NCBI GenBank assembly: GCA_002633005.1
Contig: NMRA01000022.1
Span: 555,715-619,714 of the forward strand
DNA: 64,000 nt
Direction: 5' to 3'
From: Phoronis australis
Taxonomy: Eukaryota > Animalia > Phoronida
The position numbers and the translations under genes are program-made. Of this stretch, positions 24,301 to 39,300 are shown one piece after another. Position 1 is the first letter of the stretch, and the number at the start of each line of letters is the position of its first letter. The notes beneath the pieces are model-generated. The model had not been told where the DNA came from. It saw only the letters and a list, made by a program, of their open reading frames with translations, and ran no database searches.

Positions 24301-27300
24301 AGTAGCATCCCCTGGTGGCATTTTTTTTCATTTGGGGCTGTATCTCCTAAACATTGTGCAGGAACTTTGGGAAATTTGGCAAGTATGTTCCAACAGATGT
24401 GACAGTGGATGACGACCTCTTTTAGAGGGATCCAGCCGCCGCTGTGCCTTCAAGAGTCAATTTTTTTGTTTGCTTCTGTTTCTTCAGAGTTTTTTGACAG
24501 ATTTTCATGAAATGTGATGAATAGGTGTCTGGTAAGGAGATGGCAATGTCTTCTCATTTTTGGACGAGTTTTGCTGTTTAGTAGCCATTTCTATGACACT
24601 AGTAAACACCCCTATATGTATACTGTTTGTGTCGCAGTCGTGGGCAGATTTCATCGCTTTGAATTACTCTTGTTATCATTGGCAACGACTGTTAACGTCT
24701 TTTACTTAATGTAAGGTTGAGAAATGGCTTTGAAAGTATTTGACTGACTTTACAGATGTGTTTGAAATTTAGTTTCCAAATTGAAATTCAGCCGCTCTCT
24801 GTTAGATGAAATTTTGATAATGTCATGAAACTGTTTGATTGTGCAGACATTGGCTTTCTTTATTTTCAGGATCACACCAATTTTGTACAAGCTGTGCGCT
24901 ATTCCCCGGATGGCTCCATGTTTGTGACGGCAGGGTCAGACGGAAGGGTATTGTAGCATGTTTCTATTTCCTCTCTATGAGTGTTTGTAGTGTTTTTGTG
25001 ATGGAGGCAGTTTTTAAACCTTTCTCTCCATTCAACAAAGCAGTTGATTTCTCATTTTAAATTTAATTAATTATCAAAATGCTTTTTATCAGATGAAATG
25101 ATAGTCAGTTGCACATCGAGATTTAAAATTGGTGGTTTGAAATAGTATCCCTAAATAATTTTATGGAATTGGCAATATCAAAATTTCTGTCTCAAGCAGA
25201 TCTTGTACACTTTTGATGCACCCACAGAAAGAGTTGCAAGACGTATGTAGTCAGCATCCTGTCTTTCCGTCATTTGTCTGTCGTTACCTTTGCTTGTCCT
25301 CCAATTTTGCCAAAAACTTCTTGAGGAATTATGAAATTTGGCACAATCTTGTAGTGGGATGCACCAGTACCAGTCAATTTTGTGACAGATTTAACCACTA
25401 AGACACTCTTTTTGCCTAGTTTAGATTTTGATAAGAAATTCCTTGTCCATCAATTTTTGGGAAGAAAGATTTATCAAATCTTGCTGGACTTTGACAAAGG
25501 AAAATGGTGGGAATGCGTACGCACCAGTTGGTGGTTGATGACTGTCATGGCACCCGTTGTTGGCCACTTTAAGTTTTAACAAGAAATTACTCATCTGTCA
25601 GTTTTTGGCGAAACCTCTTCGCAAAGTTTGCCATAACTTGACGGAGAGTTATAAGGTGGAAATGTTCCAGCACCAGTTCCTTTTCAAGTGCAATAATGAC
25701 CAAAGTGACAAGTTCAATAACTTTGAGTTGGCTGTTCATTATGATAGATGAAATTTTGACCCTTCTTCATGATAGCTGTTCTTGTTATTTACCCAGTTGT
25801 TCATGTACGATGGTGCCACAGCTGACCTAAAGGGAGAGCTGGGATCTCCTGCTCACAAAGGTGGTGTTTATGCTGTAAGTTATGCCCATTTTGACTTTTG
25901 ATGAGTGTAGTGCTATCAACTTTAGTGTGGACTTAAATTGAGCTTGCTGGTAGAAGATCTTTTTGTGTGCACATTACATAACAACTTTTAAGTGGAGATA
26001 GATACATAGTCCTGAGGTAATTTAAGGCCTGAAACCAGTGGAGTTTGTTAATTGAGACTTTACTTGACTCGGCAAATTGTCCTATCACATTGTATGAAAT
26101 TTTAAAGTTTACTTGAAGCTTGAGTCAAGTTCCAGTGTAAATTTTGTGGCCTCGGACCCAGGTATCTTGTGGCTAAGTGTGTGGTGCATGTTTTTCTTGT
26201 AGATTTCCTTCCACAGAGAGGGTAAGATGTTAATGTCCGTGTCTGGTGACAAAACGGTCAAGGTTTGGGATGTCACCTCTGGACAAGTGTGCAGGTGAGT
26301 GGTGTTTTTGGCACACTTGGGGCTGATATTAATATGGAAACTGATACTGACTGTGATATGCATACTCAGATACTGACAGCTATACTAGTACCGTTTCCAT
26401 TAGAAAATTGCTTGGGAAAAATTTTTGCATTGGGAAATAAATTTGCCAGGATTCTGAGTTCCATCAAATTTTGGAGGATTAGGTCGTGGAAAATTTGTTC
26501 ACTGAATTAAAATTCCAATCTAAATTGCCCTCAGCCAATGGCAGTATTGCAGCCTATGTTCTGATGCTCATTTATCTAATTAACAAGCAGAATATTATCA
26601 CTCTCACAAGTGTCTCACAAGGACATTTTCAAAGGCCTGCCAATAGGGGCTACAGAAATTGCTTGGATTCTCGATCATGTGGTGATACAGCAGATTTGTG
26701 GAAATAATCCCTGTAAAAAGATTTGTGGGAAATTTCTGGGAATGTGAAATACACGGGATCATGGTTACTGTTAGTGATAGTGATATGGTCAAGGTGGGGG
26801 TCATTATCTCTGTTCAGATGTGCAGTTGAATGGTTTTACGATGAATGTTTTCAGTCATCCAGTTGGGTCATAGTATAAGAATCAATAAATCTATTACCAC
26901 TAGTAATAGATTTATTGATTCTTATAAGTTGAATGTTTTGATAGCACAGCTGACATTTTGTGGATACTGATACTGGTAGTGATACCACGGGCATGTGTAT
27001 TGTATGCAAAAATACAGATTTGTATGGAAATTTGGCTTGAGATACGCTACACCAGGCAAGAAGAAGCAAATTCGAAGCAGATTACTTACGGTTACTCATG
27101 GAGTCATAAGCTAGTAGTAGAAATGTAAGAAGATTCATAGAATTATCAAAACTGTTGATTCAAAGTGCGGTGTTGTACATTTGTTCAATGCTATTTATTG
27201 AAATGAATTTGCCTCATCTAGTGTACTGATAAAGGCTGAGATGTAAAAGCTAAGTGTAAAAGTAAAGTCTGTATATTGATAAGTTTACTTGATCAGGGGT

Positions 27301-30300
27301 CTGTTTCTTATAGTGTCTTAACACTTGAGAAGGAAATCCAGTCTTATGCTCACACTTCACAGTTGATGAAAAATGTTAATTAGCCTTTAAGTAATTATGA
27401 AAGCATCCTAGAAGTAATTTATTGAAATTATCTCAGCAAATGTCAGTTATCTGTACATTCTCAGTACTTTTCTCAAGTGGAATTTAATTATTTTTCAGTT
27501 GTTTGGAGCAAATTTCTGACTTAAGTTTTGAGTCACTTTTCAACAAACAGACCTGAGAGGTCGCACTTGGTGGTAACATGTGTTGATAACTAATATTTAT
27601 AGGATTTTCATGTTGATGGTACTGATATCAACATCAATACCAATACCAATATTGTATACGCAGGGAGTATCAAGTGGGTGCAGACCTCACCGACATGCAG
27701 GTGGGTTGCCTGTGGTCCGAGGATACGCTTATCAGTGTGTCACTGTCGGGTTACATCAACTACTGGAGCCTGGAGCAGGCCACGTCACCCGTCAAGATCA
27801 TCAAGGTGAGATGATATAGTATGCTGTCAACTGAGGGCGACATCATGTGATCTTGGAGCTTTATGAGACTAACAAAAACTTCACATGCCCCCAGATAACT
27901 TTTATAATTTGTATTCAGCGCCTCCTTTGTATTCCTGTAGCTTAAAGTTAATGAAGCAGAATGGTAATCACTGTCTGGCATTTGCTCAGAGTTACAGCCT
28001 GGAATGTCAAAAGTACGGTTTTGATTTCATGGTACATTTCAAATATTATTTATTTTCAACCTAAGTTATTGGTTTGCGCATTCTGAAAATGTGCTAGTAT
28101 GTACTAGCAGATATGTTTACTAGAGTTTATGGCCAGATAGTTACACTTAAATGGTTCTTGTTTGCACCAGACAATGCTTTCATTGCCGCGCTCGCTTTGA
28201 TCCTGGTGAAAGCTGCTCAGAACAAGACTGAAAGAGTAGCGGTGAAAATTCACGCATATTTTAAGAAATGCATGTTTTCCTTGGAAGCGAATTATTCACG
28301 GCATGAACTCACAGAATTAAAATCTGATTGGGACGAAATTTTACTTCATTTTAATTTGCGCTGTTGTACCTCTTAAACCCCTTGCGTATTTTTATGAAAT
28401 TTTGCAGACGTGTTTCTGTGAAACTTATGGCGGATAACGTCATATTTTTGCGTAAGCCTCTACATGCACTAATTGTTGGGCTGAGCTGACCACTGTTGTG
28501 CCCTCATTGTGAGGCACATGTTGGAAAAACATGAATCCTTTCTGTTGCTCTTGCTAGTGATGTGATCTTTTGAAAAGCTGAAGTGTCAGTTTTATCTGCA
28601 CCTAGGATCTTAACCTTAACTGATTCAAATGGATTCTGGTAGCTTGTTGAAGGAAGGCAGTTCAAAGTCGGCTGCGTTGCAGTGACGCAAGACACTCATG
28701 AAAAATAAGAAGTGTGATCACACGCTTAGCTTGTAATGGATGGAGATATGTTGTGGAGACTTGTGTGACGGTTTTGCAAGTCTTACAACTAGAGATGTTT
28801 GTTGGCAAGAACGACTGTTTTTGCATACGATAAAATCTCACCAATTTAAGACACAATATGTACGACAAGTGAAATTTTATTTCATCATCTTTTCCATGTA
28901 TCACTAAACTGAATGCTTTTCTACGTTCAAGTTTTGTATCACACCTGCCATCAGACAAAGTTTGGAAAAATTGTGGGCATTCACAATAATATTAAAGCCC
29001 TTAGAAAATGAAAAGGGTCATTTTTGGCAATTATTTTTGTCTGGAATTGGTGAAATTTTACAATACTCTAGTTTTTGTGGTGTTTGTTTACCAATAGATT
29101 ATTACATTGCACTCTGTTCCTTTGCAGGGCCACAACAAACCTATCACTTGTATGTCATTATCAGAAGACAAGACAAGGCTCTACACAGGGTGTATGGACA
29201 GTGTCATCAATATCCTTGATAGTTTACTGTTTAACTATCCCAACTTGTGGCACATGACACGCATATTTCTCATTAACTCCAGAACATCCACGTTTTGTCA
29301 GCTCGATTGTGTTGCCACATGTTGGAATTTATCGCTATCATGCCACTGAAAGTCTCATCAGAATCTAGTATTCCACTTCAGTTTTGAAATCTACAAAATG
29401 TCTAAGTGATTCCTTTCCTGGACCAGTGTGCGTTTTTTTAGGCCCATAATTTGTGTTTTGCGGTATTGTTTGTATTTGCAGGTTTGGAAGTCTTGTTTGC
29501 ATGCTCCTACTTCTGTGCAAGGCCCAGCCCTGATATTGATAGTTGGATTTGGACTAGTATAGTAAACAGTACATATTCTTGCTATGGTTTTGCCTGGCTC
29601 TTGAGAAATTGATTCATGATGCGTTTCCTAATTTACAAATGATATAGAGATTTTGAGTAATTGTTAGATCCTTAACAATGGTTTACTGAATTGGGACGTG
29701 ACCACTGGCTTGTGTGAACCTGTGCAAGGTAAAGGCCATAAGAACCAGGTGCAGAGTATGGCAGTGTGTGACGATACTTTGATCACGTGTGGAATGGATG
29801 ACACTGTGTTCTTTTCGAACAATGATGAATATGGGTAAGTGTTAAGGTATTGTTCTCTCACAGTTTTATATGCCCGTATCTATATATGCCCATCTGGCGT
29901 CCATCTGTTTGGTGTCCCTGGCTGTATCTCCTTAATTTCGTGCAGGTTTGTTGTGAAATTTGGCAAGTGTATTCCTATGAATGCTACAATGAATGATTAT
30001 GGCGTTTGGGCTGTTCTAACTACCGCTATGTCACACAGTTGCAATTTTGATTTTGTGAGTTTGGCTCTGAAATTTGGAATGTAGGAAAAGAGACAATGAC
30101 ACATTCTCATTTTTGAATATTCATTTTGCTCTACTTAGTGGCCATTTTTGAATATTCATTTTGCTCTACTTAGTGGCCATTTTTGAATATTCATTTTGCT
30201 CTACTTAGTGGCCATTTTTGAATACTCATTTTGCTCTACTTAGTGGCCATTTTTGCAAAACTACTCAAAAATCATGAAAGTTGACTGATCTGATGTGTTC

Positions 30301-33300
30301 CTACTGAGATCATGAGTGATGAGTGAATTTCGGATGGTTCTGACTAATCTGGCATAGTGACTGAGTTATTAGTTTGGCTAGTGTATACCTTGAATGTAAC
30401 AGCAGGTGGAGACAACTTTCGGATGTGCCCCCTAATGGCAATTTCATTTATTTACGTTTTCCTCTGTATCTTCGGAGTTCCTTGATGGATTTTCTTGAAA
30501 TTTGGCAAATAGGTTTCTATTAGGGAGATTATGATACTTTTGGGTTCACTTCTTGGTGGCCATTTTTATTGTTTTCGAGTCTTGTTTTGGCTTCTGCCTC
30601 TCAGCTGAACCGCTCTTAAGATCATTATGAAAGGTGACTGCACGTTTGTTTTCTTATTGAGCAGAGCAGGACTGACGATGATTTTTGGACATGTCCGACT
30701 AGTGTGGTGCTACATCTACCAATTTCCTTCAATGGATCTTCATGGAATTTGGAGATGACAGCACCTTCTTAGATTCGAATGAGTGTGATGTATTCTGCGC
30801 CCCCTAGTGGACTTATTATGTTTGTGCCTTTTCTTCATCATACGCTTCCCTATTGGGCAAGCTGCTTGAACAGTTAAGATAAATGGTGGCAGTTGTGGGC
30901 AGTTGTATGATGTGTTCCTATTGAGCAGAGGATTGATTACTTACTTGTGCCTCTTTGGCATATTTTAAGTTTACTCGTATTACTCTCTTATGGGAGAATG
31001 TTTAAAACAATGATCGTCTCTAGTATGTGCACTGTATGTGATGCACCGTGAATGCTTATCAACATTACGTGGTGCGCTTGCACCTTTGGTGATTGTTGAT
31101 TCTTAGGTATGTTAAGAAGTGTGCGAATCTTTCTCAGGTTTTTTTAAATTGTGCTCATTATCGTGTTGTAGTCCTATTTCATTAGTCAGGTAGTGCCTGT
31201 GTGTCTCAGATATTGCTGAGGTGGACTCTCAACCAAAAATGTCACGAGTTCAATCCCTGGCTGCTCCAGTATTCAGTTGTGTCCTTGAGCAAGCCACTTA
31301 AACTGCTTTGTTTAAGTCGTCTCGGCTGGTTAGTACCATCCACAACTGAGAAAGTAATCTACTGATGGTCTAGCATCCTATCAAGAGGGAGATGAAAAAC
31401 TTCTCTACTTCAAGAGTTACAATTTTGGTCGTGATTTGTGTTCGAATTTGAGGAAACTTTACCATACTCCGTGTGTGCTTGTGTGTGAACATGTGAAGTT
31501 ATTGCTACAGAAGTGTGGACCCTAAAGGGTAAGGTTTGCTCATCAGGATAGATTTTAACTTGAAATGTGACTTGAGTCACCGTTTTGGTTCTCATTGGTA
31601 TTAAAAGATGACATTGAAAATATATTTTATTCTATATATTAATCATATTTATGGTACAGACAAAGGCTTGTTTATTATAGTGACATGCATTTTAAGTTTG
31701 ATATTGAGTAGCACTTGTTAAGACCCTGTTGCATCAGGGTAGTTGTTGAAAACTGGACAAGAATGAGTGGACATTGATGAACTGTTGTACACTTTGAGTA
31801 AGAACCCATGCTTGGTGTCACATTCGAGGAGTGTTTTAGACTTAAATTGACTGTTTCAGTAACATGTGTGCAACAAGCCTTTAAATAATACAACCCCACA
31901 AAAATACTTTATCCAACCCAATTAGAATCATTAGTCACTTTATCAATATTCAGTTCACGTTTCTAACTTGTACATCTATATATTGTCCTTTCCTCTCAGA
32001 CTGTCAATATAAATCCACTCCATAGCTCTCGCCGGAGAGAGCAGTTTACAATAGTGAAACCCAGCCGACAACTGAATCCTGTAGTCTGTGGGCGTATACA
32101 TCATAGGGGACTGAATGATGACAATGTCGTTACCAGCTGAGTCTTTACTGTCCTGGTATTTCAGTGGGTTCCATATCCACAGTGGACCTGCATTGTATGG
32201 GCCAAGGTCTTTCCCCATGTTCAGCTTCCGGCCAAGTTTCATGTATCTCGCCACCGTCGTCTCATTGGCCAGTCTCAGTGCCATGTTGTAAGCCTGTTGG
32301 TTGATCTTGGCACATATGTTGTTTGTCTTGTCTGTCTTGTTGAAGTCTATGTTTGTGCGTCCTGCGGCTTCCCATATGGCTTGGCGTGACTTCATTTTTG
32401 TGCGTAACTCAAACGCTGACACAGAAACAAACCCTGTGTCCATGGCATCTAGTTTTTCATACAATGCCTCGGTGACGGTGTGCAATCTCAACTTACAACC
32501 TTGCTCTTTTTCACATGTGTTACTAATGTTGGGCAGGTGGAAAGGAATTCGCCACACTTCGTGGAACTCGTCGGTCACTTCGAGACTCACCGTGGATAGA
32601 TTACCCATCATGCTCTGGGACACTTGTTCCGTCCACGGACATCCAACTTGGCATGCAGAAGTATGCTGCTGGTTATAGCAGGGTGCCTTTATGTGGTAGC
32701 TTCCCTCCAGTTTGAAGGCTGTCAAGAGTGGTTGGAGCCAGTATCCTGTTTTTGTCACTCGTGCGTTTAGAGAATTGATTGCTGCGTCGTTGGCATCTAC
32801 TTGAACTTCCAAAAACTCGCTGACTGTTCGGGCCACTGTTTCGTACGCTGCACTATCTGATATCTCAGCTTTCAGGTCACGTGACTTTACAAGTAATGGC
32901 GGCTGGCCGGAAGCAAACTGGAAGTGGTTCATGCCGTTCACGATCACCACTGGGTAGTTTTTTGCGGCTTGGTCGAAGTTTCCAGCTGCCATCTGGTGGT
33001 AGTAACTCTCCATGAGCCGCGTGACCCGACACAGACCATCTTTGTCTCCCCCGATGGTCAGTGTTGGTATTCCAATACCTGAGTAGTTTTGTGTACGTTG
33101 TAGAAATGAGCCCATCAGTATGAGACCGGCGGCAGACTTCTGTTGAGTCTTAATGTAAGCGGGCAGCATAGCTCCTCCTAGTGAGTGGCCGGCATAGAAT
33201 ACTGTCTGCGTCTTCATGCCAGCTGCTCTGAGCTGGGATAGGATCTCCTGGACACCGCCCCCAATGTCAACAGGATTGGCCACATCTAGAGGCAGGCTGG

Positions 33301-36300
33301 GACTGCCGATCCAGAGGGAGTAGGGTGATACATCCTGGAAAGATATTCATATGAGTAGAGTTAAAATCCTTACCTCAAAAGGTGATCTAGATCAAAAACT
33401 TAAATATGTATACCAAATTGAATAATATTTAGCAATGAATAATGTTCACCTCCTTTCTGTTATTAAACTAAAAGCCTCTTTGTGCACAATTTTTTACCTC
33501 GGCCGACATCAGAAAATCATGAACTAGTCCAGTCTATGTCCATGACCTGAGTTCCTGTGCATCAGTTCAGGAACGATTCCTGAATGACGGTCATGTTGTC
33601 CTTGAAAATGTATTGATATCACTGTGAGCGTAAATGCATTGTTATTTGTTTGGTTGTTTTCGATTCTCATTTTGTTTTTTATACAAACTTAGTTATTTAT
33701 TGTCCAAATTTTACCTGTTCTTTGCATATGACGAATGGTATTTAATACAAAATCATAAGTTTGTGTAGTATGTCACATCTGCGCCAGCCCACACTCGGCT
33801 ACTGAAATCAGTTCCTAACTCATTGCGAGGGTCGGTCAAATTTCTGCAAGAGTACCCGTTTAGGTAATAAATTAGAGGAAAATCTTTTTAAATCACCAAG
33901 TGTCCTTATTGCCATATCGTGAAACTGATGCAAAGCTCGAGCCTGGGGTGAGCAATTGCCATGTTACTACCTGGATTCATAACGAAACTTTCCAATACCA
34001 TGCTTTATGCGCTGTCCTCTGTAAAGTTGCTTGGAATTGTTTTTAAAATGTTCCACTTTTGCAAAAGACTGGATTTCATGAAAAAAACTCAAAAGTTGCA
34101 TATAACGAAAACAAAATGCTGTTCAGAAAACTATAACAGCGTTTTTGAGAATTCACCTTAAACATTTGTTTGAAATAAAATTCCATCATGTCATTGATTA
34201 ACGTTTCAGTTTTGCTAAAGTTTATTAAAAAGGCATGGTCACATGACCCTATAAATAATAGACTGGCAAGAAGTCAGAAATCTAATTCTATAGGCTTTCT
34301 AGTTTCAGGATCATCTGTACTTTTACTGAGTTAAAATCTAGTTTATATTTGACTAAATACACAGGACTGTTAATAATGTCTTACATAACTGCAATGCATT
34401 AGCTATGAGAACTGGTGAAAACTTACCTGAATATGTTTCAATAGCGGTAAATATGCATTATTTTGAATCTGAGCCCCTTGAAGGAACACCAGTCCTATTT
34501 CTTTAGCACCTGTCTTGGTTGGCTTGAGAATTACGTTTGATTCTGCAATACATTCTGCTGAGAACATGACAGAAATGAGAAGCACGACTAGACCCATGGT
34601 GGTTCTGTCAAGGTGTGTGATGCTATTACCGTCATCCCATCCAAAGGTTGTGTAATGGGGTGATTACTTAATCTTTGAGTTATCCTAGCCTTTCAACTTT
34701 GACATTGATATGAAGTGCTACAGTCTAAGATAACTGATTAACTGCAGTGATCCAGTGCTTTGTTGACTAAGTGTCTTGTCTTAACTCATTGAAGGTTTCT
34801 GTAGTATGTTCTGCAAGGACAACCTAATCAGAAGTAATAAGAATGAGGCGACTAAAAATAAAAGTGCAGAATTTAGTGAACTTATGTTTTGACAAATTTC
34901 TTCACAAAAATAATTAGACTAAGAAAAATGTAAACTAGTTGTTGTGTGTAGATGTCATTAAACAAACATCTGGTAATTAATTTTCCATGATTTGAATGTC
35001 AGTTTTGGCAATTATTTTTGTGTGAAGAAGTGGAGAATGGTTGCACCGAGATCACACGTGGTCCGTAGGTCACATCTTAATATTCCATTACTCAAGTTTA
35101 AGAGGTCATAAGTTTACACAACAGTCCAAAGTGTGGTCACTCTGCTTATATAAACTGCTGATTGAAGTTTGATCTTACGGGATGTCGAAAAATTTTCAAA
35201 TTCGGCAAACTTCAAAACATCATATCTCAGAAATGTCTGATTGGATTCATGTGAAACTTTCAGATACTATGGTTGATGCACTGTTCCCCAAAAGTTGTTT
35301 GGAATTGTTTAACATTTTTGCACGAGAGGCTATAAAAAAATTAGGACTTTCATGATTTTCATGAAAAAAATTAAAAGTTGCATAAAACAAAAACGATATG
35401 ATAATTTTAGAAAATTGTAACAATGTTTTTGTTATTCCATCTTGAAAATTTATATCAAATGAAAGTTGGTCATGGTAGCGATACTCTTGTTTTGCTAAGG
35501 TTGTACCTTTTATTTTCAGTAATTTTCACTTAAGTCACGGTCACGTGATTCAATTAATAGCAGATAGGTATGAAAGTCAACAGTTAAATTGTACAGCCTT
35601 TCTACTTTCACCTTTCAATAGTTTTGCTGAGTTAAAAACTTGTTGTGTAGACATTTGGCTGAATACAATGACAAGTCTATTCAATAGCAATCAGGCTGTT
35701 TATTCTACACGTTCTTCTGTTGCTGGCAATGTTTCTTCTAAAAAATTAAAACCGAGACGGGCAAGAGATCTTTTATCTATGCAGCTGCTATAATATGGAA
35801 TTCTTTTAGCCCAGAAATTAAACGGTCCAATTCAATTACTACCTTTAAAGTTAATGTTAAAAAGTGGCTGTAATTTACTTAACCTTTTATACCNCAGTAG
35901 TGGTCTAATTAATCAAAATATAGGTTATAGACAAAAGATTAGGAGGTTTAATATCTATTCATCTCACATCATATAAAAGTTTTGGTTTTTCAGTTACATA
36001 TTCTTAGCTGTTAGAAGTTTTCTATTTTGAGACATAGTGTAAAAAGTGATGAATTCTTACTAAACTGAACTCATGGAGAGTTCTCATATATTTACCATTT
36101 GAAAGTTATTGTTATAGAATGCATCATATTGATTCGTGATCTCTCAGACTGTCTATATAAATCCATTCCATTGCCCTTGCTGGGGACAGTAGCTTGCAAT
36201 AATGGAAACCTGCCGATAACTTGATCGGGAAGTTGGTGGGTGTGCGTAACATGGGTGACTGTACCAGCATAAAGGTGTGCCCAGCGCCATCTTTGACCTT

Positions 36301-39300
36301 GTTATATTTCAGGGGGTTCCAGATCCACAAGGGGCCTGCGTTAAATGGGCCAAGATCCGCTCCCATCTTCATCTGTGTTCCCAGCTTCATATGTCTGTTG
36401 TAAGTTGTCCTGTTGGCGAGACGTTTGGCCGTGTTGTATGCCATCTGATTAATAGCCGCGCATATATTGATTAACACATCTGTCTTGTTGAAATCAACGT
36501 TCTGCCGTCCCGCTGCTTCCCATATGGCTTGACGTGAATTCATCTTTACGCGAAGCTCCGATGCTGATGTTGACGCAAAGCCCGTGTCAAGGGAATCCAG
36601 CTCATCGTAAACTGCTTGCGTCACGGTGTTGACTTTCAAGGTGCAGCCTCGTTCTGTTTGGCACTTATTAACTATGGACGGCAAATGAACGTCTGTCATA
36701 CTCCAAACCTCGTGGAACTCATCGTGTATCGTGAGAGAGATTGTGGATAAGTTAGCCATGGTGACCTGTGCTGTGTTCTCGGTCCATGGACAACCTACCT
36801 GACACTCTCCTTTGTCTTTTTGTTTGTCGCATGGTGGCTTGAAGTGATATGAACCTTCCAAATGGAATGCCGCCATCAGGGGCTGCAACCATTTTCCTGT
36901 TTCAGCTACAACATTTGTGAGATCTCGTATAGCTGTTGGATCTTTGTCCACCTGAGCTGACATGAAGGTAGTTACTGCAGTGGAGACAGCCTGGTAAGCA
37001 GCCTCAAAGGATATCTCAGGCTTCAAGTCCCTGGCCTTGACTAGTGCTGGTGGATCTCCCGAGGCAAACTGAAAATGGCTCATCCCATTCACGATCACTA
37101 CAGGGTAGGTGTAGGCTGCAGTGTTGTGAACAGTGGCGGTTGAGATCTGGTGGTAGTAGCTCTCCATGAGTCGTGTGACTCGGCACAATCCATCCAATTC
37201 ACCTCCAATGGTCAGTGTTGGCACTCCTACAGCGGAGTAGTTCTGACTGCGTTGGATGAAGGACCCCATCAAGATCTGCCCAGTTGCTCTTGGCTGTATG
37301 CTTTTGATATAAGTTTGCAACATGGCTCCACCTAGTGAGTGTCCAGAATAAAACAGAGCAGTGGTAGTGTTCATGCCGTTGTCCTGCATGGCGTGGACCA
37401 TCCGCTGAACACCCTGGACTATATCCAGAGGGTTAGCTATGTCCAAGGGTAGCTCGGGACTACCCACCCACAGTGAATAGGGTGACACGTCCTGCAAGGG
37501 AAACATAGTCACTGATAGGTATTGTGAATGGTTCCTCTTAGAAGCGATTGATAGGTTTTGATAGGTTTTATTTTATTTGTGGCCTTTCAACTAGAATGCA
37601 TTGACTGAAGTAGAAGTCAAATGTACTGGGAGTAGTTCCCTATGTGGTTACATTGAAGACAATTTGACTCTGTGCATGGGATCTCAGGTGGGCAAAAACA
37701 TTATGGCCTTGGCCATTATATTTTTGGGGTCTTAGAACCAAAATATTGACCACGGTGAAAGTCAGTAGTAATAATTTTTTTTAATTGCAGGCAGTCTGAT
37801 ATATGTTGTAACAGACGTGCGCAGGCCTCGCTTGTGGGCCATTGCACTGATCACCTGGAAATATTTTTCATGCTTTATTAATATATAGTTTAAACCAAGC
37901 TGAGGAGCTAGAAACCTGGCTCAAGGGTTTAGCAGTGTGACCTGGTGGGACTTGAACCCACGACCTCGAGTAAAGAAAGCGGGCACTTGTCAACCAGGCC
38001 ACACTGCCTCCTCCAATAGTAATAATATTCGGCATTCTATATCTCTAACAGATGTCTTCATGTAGAGGATATTCCAGTAAAAATGCATTTCATTTTCTAA
38101 CTTTTGTCGCCGTCGTCGTCATCATCTTTGTCACCCTCACTGTCACCATCGTCAATATCATTATGGATGATGTTACTGTGGTAACGTCAACTTTCAGAGA
38201 TGCGTTTTAAATTGTTTTGCTATTCTGTTTTTGGGTTATCACGGTACAAAGTTGAGGCTTCTAGATTAGCCTACTTAAACTGTGACCTAAAAAGGTCAGG
38301 ACCTTATCATCAAGTCTATGTAATAATTTGATAGCTTAATATCCACAAACAAAACTATGTTAACTCAATAAAAGTATATAATATTCTGATAAGAGACAGA
38401 CCGTCAATTTTGATTTTTAACTTTTTGCCAATCTGCCATTAATTGGGTCACATGACCAGTTTTTAAATAGAAAAGAAAAATCATACATTATGATCAAAAC
38501 AAGGGTATCAATAACGTGACTACATTTTAGATCGACATGATGAAATCTTAGAAATACTGTTTAACAGTTCTCTAAATTATTTCTTTTATACAACTTTCGA
38601 GTTTTTTCATGAAAATCATAAAAGTCCATTTGTTTGATTAACCCTCATGCAAAAGTGGAACACTTTAAAAGCAGTGGATATTATTGCACAAAGCATAGTA
38701 TCTGAAAATTTCAAATGAATCCAGTCACACGTTAGTGATATAATGTTCTGAAGTTAGTCGTGAGGCCATTTTTCTGTCCTATATAACTGGTTATGTAGCT
38801 AGCATCCTGGAAAAATGTCCAAACTTGACCAACTTTGGAACATCGCATCTCAAAAATGGGTAATCTTATTCTTACTAAACATTCAAATACTATTCTTCAG
38901 GATTTCTAGCTTCAGAAAATAATACTTTTACTGAGTTAAAGTAATAATACTTTTACTGAGTTAAAGTAATAATACTTTTACTGAGTTAAAGTAATAATAC
39001 TTTTACTGAGTTAAAGTAGTAATACTTTTACTGAGTTAAAGTCTATAGTTTTGTAGATATTTAGTTGAATATTCAGGCTTGTCAACGTGGTCCGACATAA
39101 TCTTAATGTGAACAGAGACAGTGAATACTGACCCCATCATTATATGTTTCAGCTGTGATACCAAGAAATTGCGAGACAAAGTATAATTGTTCATTGTGAT
39201 CCCTACCTGTATTTTCCTGAGCAATGGGAGGTAGGCTTGGTTTGGTATCTGAGCACCTTGGATAAAAACCAGACCAGCCTCTTTAATCCCCTTCTTGACT

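Noticed and set aside
32301-32678. 125-aa plus-strand ORF and similar ORFs at 12173, 12532, 36221, 49635, 51578
   Set aside because: Antisense shadows of real coding sequence, with no motifs.
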